Shown: positions 22,916 through 36,619 of the stretch, piece by piece
How the letters are laid out: every line of letters begins with the position of its first letter
Numbering within the stretch: the stretch's first letter is position 1
DNA from: Octopus vulgaris
Taxonomy: Eukaryota
Direction of reading: 5' to 3'
Length of the DNA stretch: 64,000 bases
Assembly (NCBI GenBank): GCA_951406725.2
Contig: OX597815.1
Coordinates: forward strand, 174,468,001 to 174,532,000
Notes under the pieces: generated by a model
The model's input: only the letters and a program-made list of their open reading frames with translations
The model's database searches: none
Told to the model about the DNA's origin: nothing
Program-made: the position numbers and the translations under genes

Positions 22916-24544
22916 TATAGTAGGCATATTCATTATTTGAATGTGTGTGTATGTGTGCATGCATTTACACATACATGAGATTATATTAATTGTCCTTCTC
23001 AAGTGTCAGTGTTATGATAAACATCACTTGATACTGTTTAACTATAAAAATAATACAGTGTGTATACACACATGGCAACTTGATTCTTATTCATATTGCA
23101 TCCAGCTCCAAGGAATATCTTATTCTTCTTGTCTAACCTCAGCAATCATTCCAACTTATGATTAGTTGATTAGTTATAATGTGATCCACATACTGCAGTA
23201 TTTGAATGACAGAGCCATCCAATTCATGAGTGGATATTAAAAATAAATAAGAAAAAATAACTTACAAGCATAGAACATGTTTACAAATGTTGATGGACAG
23301 TTTATATCGCTGTATCTTGGGACAAAATGGGAAGAGATAATTATGTTGTGTGTGTGTGTGTGTGTGCATACATGCATGCATGCACAATATAGATCAATAA
23401 TAATGGTTTCATTTTTATTTATTTTTACTTAGAAATGATTGGAAAAATTAGATATGAGATTCATAAAAGCTTTAAACTTAAGATTAAGTTTCTGTGAGAG
23501 AAATTTTTCACTTAACAGTGGAATTTTTAATTTTTTAAAATTTGACTTCTTTTTTTTTTTTTAATAAAAACTTAATCGAAGTTTGAAACTTACAGTTAGT
23601 TTCAAAACTGGATATTTGTCTCAAAATGCAGTAACTCGTGACAAAAATAACTAGCTGCAATCTGGTTGGCATTGAGCCAGTTGGAATGTTTGAGGAAAGA
23701 TTTATTGAAAGTAACCTAATGGGGTTTTTTTTAAATTTATTATGTGTCATCAGTGTTATTTTAGTTTCCTGATCAATGAAGTTAAGTATACAGAATTTCT
23801 TGCAAAAAGTTTTTACAAATTTGTTTCTTTCTTTCATTTGCTCCACAAGTTTCGTCTCTGCTGGCCAAACTCCATATAATTTTAAAAGTGTTTCAACTGA
23901 AGGAAATTACTGACTTTCTTTATTGTCCTTTTAAGTTACCATACTTTATTACTCCTTCAATTTTTTTTGAGAGTTTTTTTTTTATTAACTTTTATACAAA
24001 TTCTAAATTTCAAACTTCCGGATCTGATTCAACAGAAAAGATTGAGAAAGAAGTTTTGCCAATTTCTACCACACCATTATCATTTGATAAACCTCAGTAG
24101 CATTTGAAAAAATTTAGTCATTTAATAATTTGTATAAAAACTGCCAACAATTCAGCACTATCTCCATTTTTTATTATCTTGATTCGTTGTTCTCAGTCAG
24201 AGAAATATTATTCACATAAATCTTCTATTTTTTTTTTGTTGGTTTTCATATTAAATTGAAACAAGTAATAGAATACACGAGTATGTAAATACATTATCTG
24301 TTCAGTACCTACATTTTGGGATTAACTAAAGAGAGTGTTTTTCTTGGACTATTCCTTTCCTTCTCTCCAGACCAATCCTCTTTCCTCCTCCTGATGAAGA
24401 GTCACAATCAAAACATCACACACACCCTCTCTTTTTACCATCTTAAACTGAGTGTCAACCTACTACATTCAATGTGTACATCCTTGTGACTTTTGTTGCT
24501 TTTGTTTTTATTTATATTTTCATTTTCAATTTGCCTATATATAC

Positions 24545-25230
24545 CATCATCATCATCGTCATTTAACGTCTGTTTTCCATGCTGGCATCAATTGGAAGGT
24601 TTGACTGAGCACTGGCAGGCCAGAAGGCTGTATCAGGCTCCAATCCAATTTGGCAAGGTTTCTACAGCTGGATGCCTTTCCTAATGCCAACCACTCCAAG
24701 AGTGTAGTGGGTGCTTTTTACATGCCACCAGCGTGGATGCCAGTCAGGCAGCACTGGCATTGGCTACACTCAAATGGTGCTTTTTATGTGCCACCAGCAT
24801 GGATGCCAGTCAGGCAGCACTGGCATTGGCTACACTCAAATGGTGCTTTTTACATGCCACCAGCGTGGATGCCAGTCAGGCAGCACTGGCATCGGCTACA
24901 CTCAAATGGTGCTTTTTATGTGCCACCAGCATGGATGCTAGTCAGGCAGCACTGGCATTGGCCACTCTCAAATGCTGGTTTTTACATGGCATCAGCCTCA
25001 ATTACAATTTCACTTGGCTCAACAGGTCTTCACAATCATGGCATATCAGCCAACGATTGAAGGGTGCTTTTAAACAGGCCAGTTATGCAACACTGACATC
25101 AGCCATAACTACAATCTCACTTGGCTTGCCAGGTCTTCTCAAGTACAACATATCTCCAAAGATCTTGGTCGTTTGTCATTGCCTTTGTGAAGTCCAACGT
25201 TCGAAGGTCGTGCTTCACCATGCCTTTCTG
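24545..25230 (-). mobile_element. RTE-tail SINE with an internal 63-bp x4 minisatellite (about 24710-24990)
   Basis: Family tail motif plus repeats of GGTGCTTTTTAYRTGCCACCAGCRTGGATGCCAGTCAGGCAGCACTGGCATTGGCTACACTCAAAT. Confidence 0.85.
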
Positions 25231-25413
25231 GGTCTACCTCTGCTATTGTCTTCCTGAGTCTACCACTTTCACAGTTCCCTCCACTGTTAGAGTGTGACAC
25301 TTCTTTACACAGCCATCCCCATCCATACGCATCACATGACGATCCCAGTGCAGTTGTCTCTCTTGCACACCATATCTGATGCTTCTTATGTCCAACTTTT
25401 CTCAGGGCACATT

Positions 25414-25842
25414 AAAAGAAAAGGAAAACAAAACCAAGGTGGGACAAACATCTCAGGTCATTTAGAATATTTGATTAAAGGTGGATCAAAAAAAGAGAAG
25501 TAGAAGTAATGTCTTACAGCTGTTTCTGGGATCTCTCAACACCCCCATACACTGGGTATTCCATCATCAGAGACAAGGTGTGTATGCAAGAAAGCTCCAG
25601 ATGGAGAATTTACAGCAGACAGAAGAATGGAACAGTAGATAGGAGAATAAAATTCACAGTTCATCTTGTTCTAGAGAGTATGGCGGTTTCTTCTATTCAT
25701 TGTAAATGCTCTGTCTGGGACTTTCCCAGAAACAGCTGTAAGACATTACTTCTACTTCTTTTTTGACTCACCCTTATTCTAATTAAATATTCCAAATGAC
25801 CTGAGATGCTTGTCCTGCCTTGGTTCTGTTTTCCTTTTCTTT
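25414..25842. mobile_element. Fold-back element (about 115-bp diverged arms), Penelope pLTR-like
   Basis: AAAGAAAAGGAAAACA..ATCTCAGGTCATTT..GTCTTACAGCTGTTTCTGGGA is mirrored at 25724-25842. Confidence 0.8.
25510..25575 (-). ncRNA. Minimal type I hammerhead ribozyme
   Basis: TGTCT-CTGATGA-TGG..CCA-GAAAC-AGCT-GTA^AGACA: intact core, 5-bp stem I, palindromic ACAGCTGT stem III. Confidence 0.8.
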
Positions 25843-26204
25843 GATATATACCTGCTGACTCAATAGCCTACTACAGATCCCTAGCTCCTATTTTAGCTGT
25901 GAACTTGGAACCTAATGGATGACCACTTACACAGCGTACCTATTGGTTTAGATCATCAGTGAACTAAACCCCTCATATTCATTACATATATATGTATGTA
26001 TATGTATATATAGACATATACATACATACATATATAATATATGTGTGTGTGTGTGTATTCACACACACATGTATAGTGCTGTTTCATTAATATTCATATA
26101 TATATATATATGTATGCAAAAGGTGGATTTTCTTAAATATATTGGTAGGTTACACTGCAGAACAATGAAAGTACAAAATTATTATCTTTTCTTTTTTTTT
26201 TTTT

Positions 26205-26700
26205 CAACTTGTTTCAGTCATTGGAATGCAGCCATGCTGAGGCACTGTGTTGAAGAGTTTTGTTTTTAAGTTTTGTGCTTATTCTATCAGTGTATTTTGC
26301 CAAGCCACTAGCTAAACAAACCAACTCCAGTTTTCAAGCTGTTGGTGGGAGGTTGAAATTAACTAAGACACAAACACACACACACACTTACATCATCATC
26401 ATCATCATTTAATGTCCATTTTCCATGGTTTGAGTCAGACAGTTTAACAGGAGCTGGTGAGCAAGAGGATTTACACCAAGCTCTACTGTCTGTTTTTGGC
26501 ATAGTTCCTACATCTGGATACCCTTCCAAATACCACCCACTTTAGAGTGTATACTTGGTGCTTTTTTGGGTGACACCAGCACTGGTAAGGTGAACAAATA
26601 ACTCACATGACAAAGACCACTCTACTAAGAGGGGGAATGGTATTCAGAGAGGTGGTTTTGTGCTGTGCTGTGCAATGTGAGGATTAACAGTGATAGAGGT
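26205..26700 (-). mobile_element. Degenerate SINE fragments (CORE-SINE tail followed by RTE-tail SINE)
   Basis: TGTTTCAGTCATT..GCCATGCTG and CATCATTTAATGTCC..CTGGATACCCTTCC motifs. Confidence 0.65.
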
Positions 26701-27079
26701 GCCTTGCTGTAGAGGAGGTACACGGCTACCTCAGTCAATTGAGAGAAAGAGTGAGAGAGAGAAAATGGTGGTGAAGATGTACAAAGAGGTGAATGTAAGT
26801 TGAGTCAGAGGATTGGACAGGCTAAGTGGGTAAGGAGTTCACAAGAATCTAAAGGGAGAGTAGAAGACAGAGAAGAGAGGAAGGGCAGTGCAGTAAGTGG
26901 TGAACACAGGTATATAGAGGAGTGGAAGGATAGTAATGACACAGTTGGCAGGGAGAGGACAAGAGAAATATTATAAAGCAGTGTTGGGCTGCAGGATTAG
27001 GTTGGGACAAGCATAGTGCATGATACAATAAAGTTTGGTTCATGGGAATGTGGTGAATTAATGTAATATAGGGAGAGAG

Positions 27080-27240
27080 CTCACAACAGGCTTCCACGCG
27101 GTTTCTATCTACCAAATTCATTCATAAGGCATTGGTCAGCTCAGGGCTATAGTAAAAGACACTTGCTCAAAGTGTTGTGCAGTAAGACTGAACCCAAAAC
27201 CATGGGATTGCAAAGCAAGCTTCTTAACCACACAGCCATA
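27080..27240 (-). mobile_element. CORE-SINE head fragment
   Basis: GACACTTGCTCAA..GACTGAACCC..CCACACAGCCA. Confidence 0.75.
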
Positions 27241-27733
27241 GAACTTGAAAGCAATTAAATAAGTATATATTTTTGATGGTGTGTTTATAAATGTAAAGCT
27301 AAAAAATCGATTTAGAAGCTTCATATGTTACCTTCAAAACTGATATGTGTATTTAACAATAGTGAATGTTAATGGCTAAATGAGCAAATGTAGTTGTAAA
27401 TTTATAGTTTGTGAAACAGAAGCAAGCTAAAAAATTTTGAACTGGGGCAGTCAGACCATTAAAAGACCAGGAATCATCTTCATCATCATCGTCATCCCCA
27501 TTATCATCATTTTGGTGTCCACTTTTCTGTGCCCTTCCAGTTGCCAACTCTCACTGGATTCTGAGCAAGACAACATTTCCTCATGGCCAGACATTCTTGC
27601 AGAATATTGGAAATGAATGACACTTCTTGTATGACAGTGGCAATCATTTACAATTTTTGCTCTACGTGCCATGCTGTGGGACTGAATCTGGAACCATATG
27701 GTTGGGAAGCAAGCTTCTTATCACATAGCCATG

Positions 27734-27873
27734 ACTGGAATAAAGATATTGATTAACTCGTGGAGAGTTGTCATTAACTTTTTTTAACTGGAATAAAGAT
27801 ATTGATTAACTTGTGGAGAGTTGTCATTAACTTTTTTTAACTGGAATAAAGATATTGATTACCTCATGGAGAG
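27734..27873. repeat. 53-bp tandem repeat, about 2.6 copies
   Basis: CTGGAATAAAGATATTGATTA starts at 27735, 27788 and 27841. Confidence 0.92.
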
Positions 27874-28710
27874 AAGCAGTCTCGTTAAGCCCATATCAAC
27901 ATGGAAAAATTACAGAAGTACTACTTATGTAACTTTATAAACAATGAATTTTGAACTTATTTTAAATAATAAGGTTATATTTTGAAATGTATTTTATCTG
28001 GTCACCATTTGTGTATTTACTGAAACGCTCAATGTATAACGGAAAGATATGAAGGTGTACAATTATCTAAAAGCTGAAGAGGTAGATTTAAGAGGGCATT
28101 TACACTTTGTCTACAGCAAGGGCTTTTATATGCACACATGTATACGCATACAAGCAGAGAAACATGACAACTATTGGACAAAGCAAATAGGCATTAGAAG
28201 TCAATACAGTAATGTCAATAAACTGTTGTGTACTCAAGAATAGATTGTTGATGTGGAGTGTTTATATACTGACAAGGCAAATAAGGGCTCACATGTTAAA
28301 GGAGTATTAAAGGAAGATAGGCCAAAAGGGAATTTCCTGGTGGAAAAAAAAAAAGAGAAATTTTGCAGAGATAGAATATCGTAATGAAGTAGTAGCACAT
28401 TTAAAAAAAAGTTAATGACAACTCTTTGCATGTGTGTATATGTACATATATATAAATATTCATATATATAAAGTCACAAATGATAGAGAAATAGTTTGAT
28501 GAAATTTCCTTATAATTTTCTCTTGCATCGTATTATATATTCTGTTTTGTAGAATGATACATTAAGGAGCTTTTTTGAGTACTACTGGATTACTTGAATT
28601 CATATATTGTGATTTAAATATATATACATATATATTGTGACTTAGATATATACATATATATATATTTATAAATAAGGATAATATATTTAAATATCGATCT
28701 TATCAAGTGG

Positions 28711-28773
<63 letters not shown>

Positions 28774-29544
28774 ACGGCCACTTTTTCATGCTTGCACGAT
28801 TCAGGCAGAATTTGTTGAGGTTGATTATCTGTTACCAAGCCTCATCTGTTTCCTAGCAAGGTAATATTTCCCCATGACCTAATGTTTTTATGGAAGACTA
28901 GAAATGAATTATATCACTGGTGTGATAACCCTCATTTATGACAATTGCATGATATCAAGACAAGGATACACACAAACACACTCACGTATGTACACACACA
29001 ATACAGTTTTGACGAATCTGCATGCGTTTTGATCAAGACTGTATTCGAAAAATTCAGCTTGTTCGAGCCTTCTAAGAGGTATAAAAAGGAAGAAGTCAGT
29101 CATTTTACTACAGTTGCCAAGAACTCAACTGTCAGTTATATACATTTTGGAATCTGATGATTACTACGAACATATGAAAGTGCTAATTGAACTTTATGAA
29201 CATTATAAAATATTTTTTTTAATGTTTAACACACTTCAGTATTGTAAAAAGATATTTTTAAATACAATGATAAAAAATGTGAAAACCAGACCATGTTTTA
29301 ACTTTATTCAACTGATATAAATATATATCATTGTCAATCTATTTTACATCTGATTTTTTTCTACTAACTTGCTGGTGCTGTTATTATCTGCAAAAGCAAT
29401 AGCGCATATTAGAAAAAGGAAAATTTTACAGGGTTTAAATTTTGAGATAATAATTAGAATTGATGAACTCAGATAAAACAGATTGCCTGGGGATTTGATG
29501 CTACATTTTATTTACAAACATAGAACTCGCTAGTTAGTTTTATA

Positions 29545-30290
29545 TACAGGGTGCAGTGAATAAACTGTTGTCTAAATTACATGAAAATGAAAATAACACT
29601 GACATCTCATTTTAACAGATATATTCATCAAAATTACATTAAAATATCTTGAAATACTAAAGAGTAAATTTATTCAATAAAATCGCCATTGGTTTCAACC
29701 ACGGCCTCCAGATGACTTTGGAATCTCCTGCAACTCTTCTGGATGGTCTCCTTGTTTAAGTTGGTGACTGCTGCCATAATGCTTGCCTTTAGTTCATCTT
29801 TGGTGTTACAAGGAGTTTTGTTAGTCTTTCACTTAACTGTGCCCCACATATAATAATCAAAGGAGTTGCAGTCTGGGGAGTTAGGTGGCTAGATGTTAGG
29901 GGTGATGTGGTTGCAGAAATTGTCTGGCAGCCATGACTGGGTTCTCTGGCTTGTGTGGCATGGTGCAGAGTCCTATTGCCAGACATAGGGTCTTCCAGCA
30001 GCCACCCTTTTGACCCAGGGCAGCACTACCTCCTTCAGGCACTTGATGTAGGCCTCTGTATTGAGTTTGAGACCATGTGGGAAGATGAATGGAGGCATAA
30101 CCTCACCATCACTAGTGATCACTTCAAATACCATGATATTGACTGGATGTTTGATTTTTTATCTCTCTTGGTACATGTCCTCAGATTGACACCGAAATGC
30201 TCTGAAATGTTCATATTGGAGCTTCTGACGCAAATACCAAGTAGTCCAGCCTGTCGTTTCCAAATTTCACCAGTATGTATGATTTTCTGA
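29545..30290 (-). mobile_element. Tc1/mariner DD37D (maT-type) transposon relic, 3' half
   Basis: Reads WQ*DSAPCHT..I*PPNSPDCNSFDYYMWG with 37 residues between the second and third catalytic D and several stops; TA-CAGGGTG TIR start near 29545. Confidence 0.88.
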
Positions 30291-30416
30291 TTTAAAGCAA
30301 AACATCTACATACTTATGTATATTTGATAACTGGAATGTGCAGATGTGCTTCACAAGGATACATCTTGAATTATAATCCTTTCTATAATATATATCTACA
30401 TATATATATATAGATA

Positions 30417-31327
30417 CTAGCTGACATACCAGATAATTCCCAGGAAAGCGGGGCTTATCTCTTGGTTCCGTTCTCATAATTGCTTTGCTAATCCAATAAC
30501 AACAATAGAAAGTATGTAGCCCTTAAAATGGTTTTTGTGCATTTACAGAGAATACCAAACTGTCTTATACAGGATCTTGTTTTTAGGAATTCCCATTAAG
30601 TTATGAATACCCAAATTGTGAAGTTAGTTATGTAATAACATGAAATTAATTACCCAATAGTAAGAATTCAAATAAAGTAGCCCCAAAAAGGGCTTTAATG
30701 CGTTCCTAGAGTAGAACATAGGAGGAAATACTAATAAGGTATGTATACTAAAATCATGAAGCATTTTACATAATAACAAGCTAATCAGATATGAGATAAT
30801 AACAATTCAAAGTAAATAACTGAAAAGGACTTTTATGCGTTCCCAGAGAATATTACCCTCAGGGGCACTAGTGTTAGTATATTCATGAATAAGTTACTAA
30901 CCGAAATAAGTGGGTCTATTGTTTAGGGAAATACTATTTACTTGTTTAAGGTTTGTACTGGATAAATTGCAAAAATAACTCTAACAATTCAAATACTAAG
31001 AAATAAGTATACTCAATTTGATTTATACCAGATATTTTAGGGAAATAAATGAGTTATTTCCCATGGCTATATATAAGGATCCCTTCCAGGGGCGAATGGG
31101 TTATTTCTCTTGGCTTTTAAAATAAAATATATTAGATATATATAAGGATCCCTTCCAGGGGCCCTGTTATCGATTTTTGTCAACAATCTGAGTATGCCAT
31201 GAGGTTTCCAGATATGAATTCTATTCACATGTCAAGTTTCATCAAAATCGATAAAACGATGGAGGAGGAGTTAGCTAACAACTCCACAAACAGACCCACA
31301 GACAGAATTTCCCATATATGTAGTAGA
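30417..31327 (-). mobile_element. Non-autonomous Helitron-like element
   Basis: Minus strand starts TC (31327) and ends CTAG (30417), inserted between A and T; degenerate subterminal hairpin; internal duplication ATATATAAGGATCCCTTCCAGGGGC x2. Confidence 0.75.
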
Positions 31328-32139
31328 TATGTTATATATGATAGTTATTCCCAATATGCATAGGGTTTGCTGGAAGTACTAAAATTAGCATCAGCAACTT
31401 TATCTCTTAAATTTTACTCTTTTATTTCTCATGTTATATTTTAGCACTATTTATGAGATTCAGTATATTGTTACAAAGAAAGAGTCTTTATGCAGTTTCC
31501 ATTGTTTTCATTGCAAAGCTTACTGAAGAATTACAGGTGAAACTTGAAATTTAGAAATTGTGGCAAATACTAAATTCTGTATTGATAGGAAATGTCCAAA
31601 TCTATATGACAGTGGGTTGCAACTTGAGCCAACCAGATTGATAACAATTTTTGTTCTTGGGTAGTAACTGTTACTTCCTATTTGCTTACCCCTAGAAAGT
31701 ATGAAAAATGACTAATATTTCCTTCAGACTTTGCTTGTGTTACATTTATTCAAACTCCAAAGAATCTTTCTCAACACATGGCTATCATACTCCATTACTA
31801 CTGCTCATGATCAGAGAAACACATTGTCAGCCACTAAGGGATAAGTTCAAGTGGTTAAGGTCAAGCAACTCACAAGTAAATATGTGGTATTGAGCAGAAT
31901 CTTCGCTATAATGATATTTCTGCTTCAGTAACTCAGCACTGAATCTGTCTGAAATGTAATAGAAAATAATAGGTCAGTTTCAAAATAGGACACAAAAAGC
32001 AAAGTTTGAAGAGAATAGTTGTAATTTCCTTTGATTACTAGATAGAAGCAAATAGGAAATAACACTTACTGACCAAATGCAAAAAAAAAAAAAAAAAACT
32101 TGCACAGTGTAATCAGTACAGACAGTTGAGGCATAAATA

Positions 32140-32525
32140 ATCTTTTCCACTATAGGCACAAGGCCTGGATTTTGCGGGAAGGGGGACAGTCAATCACATC
32201 GACCTCAGGATCCAGCTGGTACTTGATTTATCAACCCTGAAAGGATGAAAGGTGAAGTCGACCTCAGCGAAATTTGAACACAGAATGTAGTGGCAGATGA
32301 AATACATATTTCTTTACTACCCACAAGGGGCTAAACACGGGACAGACAAACGGATTAAGTCGATTATCTCGACCCCAGTGCATAACTGGTACTTAATTTA
32401 TCAACCCCGAAAGGATGAAAGGCAAAGTCGACCTCGGCGGAATTTGAACTCAGAACATAGCGACAGACGAAATACTGCTAAGCATTTCGCCCGGCGTGCT
32501 AACATTTCTGCCTGCTCACCACCTT
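32140..32525 (-). mobile_element. Two tandem or nested Meta-domain tRNA-SINEs
   Basis: CTGGTACTT..TCAACCC(T/C)GAAAGGATGAAAGG..AAGTCGACCTC occurs twice; the head AAGGTGGTGAGCAGGCAGAAATGTTAGCACG lies on the minus strand. Confidence 0.85.
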
Positions 32526-33534
32526 CAGTCGATGCATAAATAATATGTTGACAGAACAGTACTAAATTAACAAGTGAAAATAAGTGTTCTGCAGAAACTA
32601 ATAGTACCAATAGTCTAAGCTTAAAGATTGTTCTGGATCTAGTTGAAATAGTTATGTCTTAATGGTATAGCATAATACATACTTAGGAAAATAAAGCTTG
32701 AATGAGTGCTAAAAAAGATTGTATGAAGTGTTAAAACACGAATGGTAAAAATAGTAAATCTGTAATAACTCCAGGGAAATGAGCTGAGTATGTTCTGATA
32801 GTGATGTTGAGTGTGAATTTGAAAGACACATTAAAGGCAAGTGATTTCGTCATATAAGAGCTGAATATTTTGATGTTGCGTGCAAAGAATTTTAATGTAT
32901 AAATTTCAATAACTTAATGGCCTCAAAGATGCTTAGATTAGAATATTTAAACTAAAACCTCACCAAATTGAGGTTAATCTACAGTCAGCTATTGATTTGG
33001 GCAATATAATTATGATACCCTTTATAATTATGTAACAACAAAATATTCATTAGGAAATATTTAGAAAAGCAGTGCTTTTTGCTTAAATATTAAGAATACT
33101 GGAGAACCATTATGGCAATATATCACGGAGTTCTATGACTTAATATTAGTCATCTTTATATGATCAGCCTATGTGGAGGTACATAGCTTAGTGGTTAGGG
33201 TGTTGGACTCATGATCATTAGATTATGGTTTCAATTCCTGCACCTGGCAACACGTGTTCTTGAGCAAAACACTTCATTTCATGTTCCTTCAGTCAACTCA
33301 GCTGGCCAAAATGAGTAATCCTACAATGAAATGGCATTCCATCCAAGGGAGGATATATGCACCTTGGAAACAGGAAAACCAGCCCCATTGGTCTATATGA
33401 CTCAAGAAGGATCTTATATGACCTACCTGTATAATGAGAAACCATTTTATCAGCTTTGTTTATAATCACATATGTTTAATATGTATTATAATAATGTTTA
33501 ACAAAAATTTACATTTTGATAATATCATTACCAT

Positions 33535-33830
33535 CATCATCATTTAACATCCGTCTTCCATGCTGGCATGTGTTGGACAGTTTGACAGGAGCCAGCCAGG
33601 CTACTGTGTCTGTTTTGGCATGGTTTTTATGGCTGGATGCCCTTCCTAACACCAACTACTCCATAGAGTGGACTCGGTGCTTTTTACATGGCACTAGCAC
33701 AGGCAAGGTCAGCTTTAGCATGGTTTTTACAGCTAGATGCCCTTCCAAATGCCAATCACTTCACAGTGTGAACTGAATGCTTTTTATGTGGCACCAGCAC
33801 TGACAGGGTCACCAAGTAACTTGCAAAACA
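33535..33830 (-). mobile_element. RTE-tail SINE fragment with internal duplication
   Basis: GCATGGTTTTTA..GATGCCCTTCC motif twice. Confidence 0.75.
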
Positions 33831-34674
33831 AGTAATTTTGAGAGGGAGGGGGAATTCAAGGAAGTGATCTTGTGTCAGATGATGAAAGATAGGAATGTGA
33901 CAGAGACAGACACAGAAACAGGTGTCTTGTTAAAGAGGAGGTACATGATTACCTGGACAAGAGAGAGAGAGGAAGACAGAAGAGATAGAGGGAGAGAGTG
34001 GTAAAAAGAAAGAGGAGAGAAACAGGTGTGCTGCTGTAGAGGAGATATATAGTTACCCAGCCAGAGGGAAGAGCAAGGGAGAGAGAGAGAGGGAGGCAGC
34101 AGGAGAGAGGTGATGGTAATGTGTCACAAGGAATGAGGTTTAGAGCATAGATAGGATGATAGAAAGTACTGGGTTCAATTCATTCAGCTAAAACTCTCTA
34201 AGGTAGTGTCCCCACATGGCTGCAATCCAGTGACTGAAACAAATAAAAGCTAAAAGAAAAAAAATAAAGATATGTATACACTTATACATGTCATCAATAT
34301 CATTTTCTGTATAATAAAGCTTCATCTACTTGCTCAAATGTATTGCATTAATTAGTAACTTCAAAATTTATGCTTACACTGAGAGTCAATGTTTCTTTGG
34401 TTCAAAACAGCTTGACTGGGTTAACTTTTCATTTAGTTTCAAACTAATTCGATGCTAATATACACCAACTTATTTTTATTTGTCTCTGAGGACCACACAC
34501 TGCAATTAACTACCTGAATAAAATTGAGTGTAAAAGATCTTTTATGTTTCAAATAGTATAGAGAAAATAGAATGATAAACTTAGCAAGTTCTGTAGATCT
34601 AAATGCTTCATATAAATGCTTTTGCTATACAACATCTATTCACACAATTTATGTGAGAATTCTGTTAGACTTTT

Positions 34675-34860
34675 GTTGTTTGATTATTGTTTAATCTCAG
34701 ATCTGCTTTGATTTAGCAGACCCATGATTAAAAGTATTTCATCCCATCTTTTTACATAGGGCTACATTATTTAATGTCTTCTTTCCTTCTGGTGGTGTAA
34801 TTTGAAGGCAATTTGGCTATTATTTCAAGCAAGTCAGGCTCCACTGTTGGTTCATTGCTG
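34675..34860 (+). repeat. Unclassified old interspersed repeat; relatives at about 19500-19680, 44560-44800, 51175-51360 and 60810-61010 (-)
   Basis: Shared GGCTACATTAT and TGATTTGA..ATTTGGCT..TATTTCTAGCAG-type motifs. Confidence 0.5.
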
Positions 34861-35159
34861 TTTTGGTTAGATACGTTGGTATCTTCCAATTTTATCAAAC
34901 GCAGTTTTTAAAATAATGTATCTGATGGTGAGGCACTAAAAACATACATCAGTGAAATGGTGTTTACAATTTGGATGGCTGGAAAAATCTGACACCTATT
35001 GAGGTAAAGACTTGTGTCTACAGCTGTCCCCCTGTCTTCAGACAATTAGATTGTCTTGTCCTTAATGATGTGTCAGTTTTGGAGAATTCTTGTTTATTGA
35101 GATTGTTACTTTTCTTATTTGCCACCAGCAGATTGGTCTACCATCACTGGAAGCAGAGA

Positions 35160-35540
35160 TCATCATCATCATTTAACATCCATTGTCCATGCTGGCGTGG
35201 GTTGGACAGTTTGACGAGGGCTGGTAAGCTGAGGGGCTGCACCAGACTCCAGTCTGATTTGGCATGGCTTCTATGGCTCAGTGCCCTTCCTAACACCAAC
35301 CACTCCAAGAGTGTAATGGGTGCCTTTATGTGTCACCAGCACAGGCGCCAGTTACATGACACCAATATCTGCCACAACTATGATCTCACTTGGCTTGATA
35401 AGTCTTCTATTCAAGCACAACATATTGCCAAAGGTCTTGGTCATTTGTCATTGCCTCCATGAAGCCCAATGCTCGAAAGGTTCTTTTTCATTCCACCAGC
35501 TCAAGTGCTAGTTATATGACATTGCCTCTCTGAGGCCCTG
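35160..35540 (-). mobile_element. RTE-tail SINE
   Basis: Colinear with 4245-4862 and 24545-25230. Confidence 0.8.
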
Positions 35541-36619
35541 TGAGATAATTTTATTAAATCAAGAATTTATGGTCTGCATTAGTTAGTATACCTTTATTTG
35601 TGTTTGGTTTTTAAATACATACTGCTAACCATTCTGACCTTTTGTAGGATAGGTTGCTACTATAAGGTTAACTGCTGATAGCATGCAGGGAAATGCACCA
35701 TCTATTCATCTATTATTGAAACAGCTGTAAGAGACTACCTCCTTATGATCTCATATGACAACTGAAACCCCATGATAAATATATATAAATGTCACAATCT
35801 AACCTCATACCAGTTGTTTGCCTATTTGTACTTTTACTTTACATTAAACAAAAAACAAAATAAGCAACTGATTGTTTAACGAATAAGTTAAACAAATGAT
35901 CGATTAGTTAGTTGGATAGATATTTAATCAATTGACTAATGATAAAGGAGTAGAATTGAACCAGAGTGTGTGTTATTTTTATTGGCATTGTGACTCTCCT
36001 AAGACACTACAAAGTATATATAATGTGCGCATGCACACACACACACATAAATATATACTAGAAATAGAAAAATATAATTGTAAGATAGAAAAGAGAATAA
36101 TCTTCCATTCATTTCTGTTATAATTAATGATGATGATGATGATAGTGATGGTGGTGGTTGTTGTGGTGATAGTAATGGCAGTAAAATAGTTTTACTAATA
36201 GCCATATGATGATAAAACTTTTCAATGAAACAGACGGGTGATAAAAGTATATTTTGAGAGACAGTGTTCCAGATGTTTTATAATAAACATCTGTATGAAA
36301 TGCTTCATTAAATAGGGCCCTATGTTATTATCACTCACTATTTTACAGTTACAAAATGGCTGATGCTGTTATGCGACATTAATTTCCTTGTGACCTGAGA
36401 CTATGACCCAGTTTTAATTTGCGCTAGTAAACACTTCACTTACATCACTAATGTTCTTGGGGAAATGCCTCTACGTCACACTATCCCATCACCCACTTCT
36501 ATAGAAATTTCATGCTTAAATAATAAGTTAGTATTTCATTATAACACTTCAGTATATGAGGCATCTTGGTATTTTAAACATCAATATACAGTGTAACTTT
36601 ATTTTATGAACACTTATTA

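Noticed and set aside
24650-25257. 136-174-aa repetitive ORFs and a possible CRISPR-like array
   Set aside because: Tandem units inside a SINE with no unique spacers, in a eukaryotic context.
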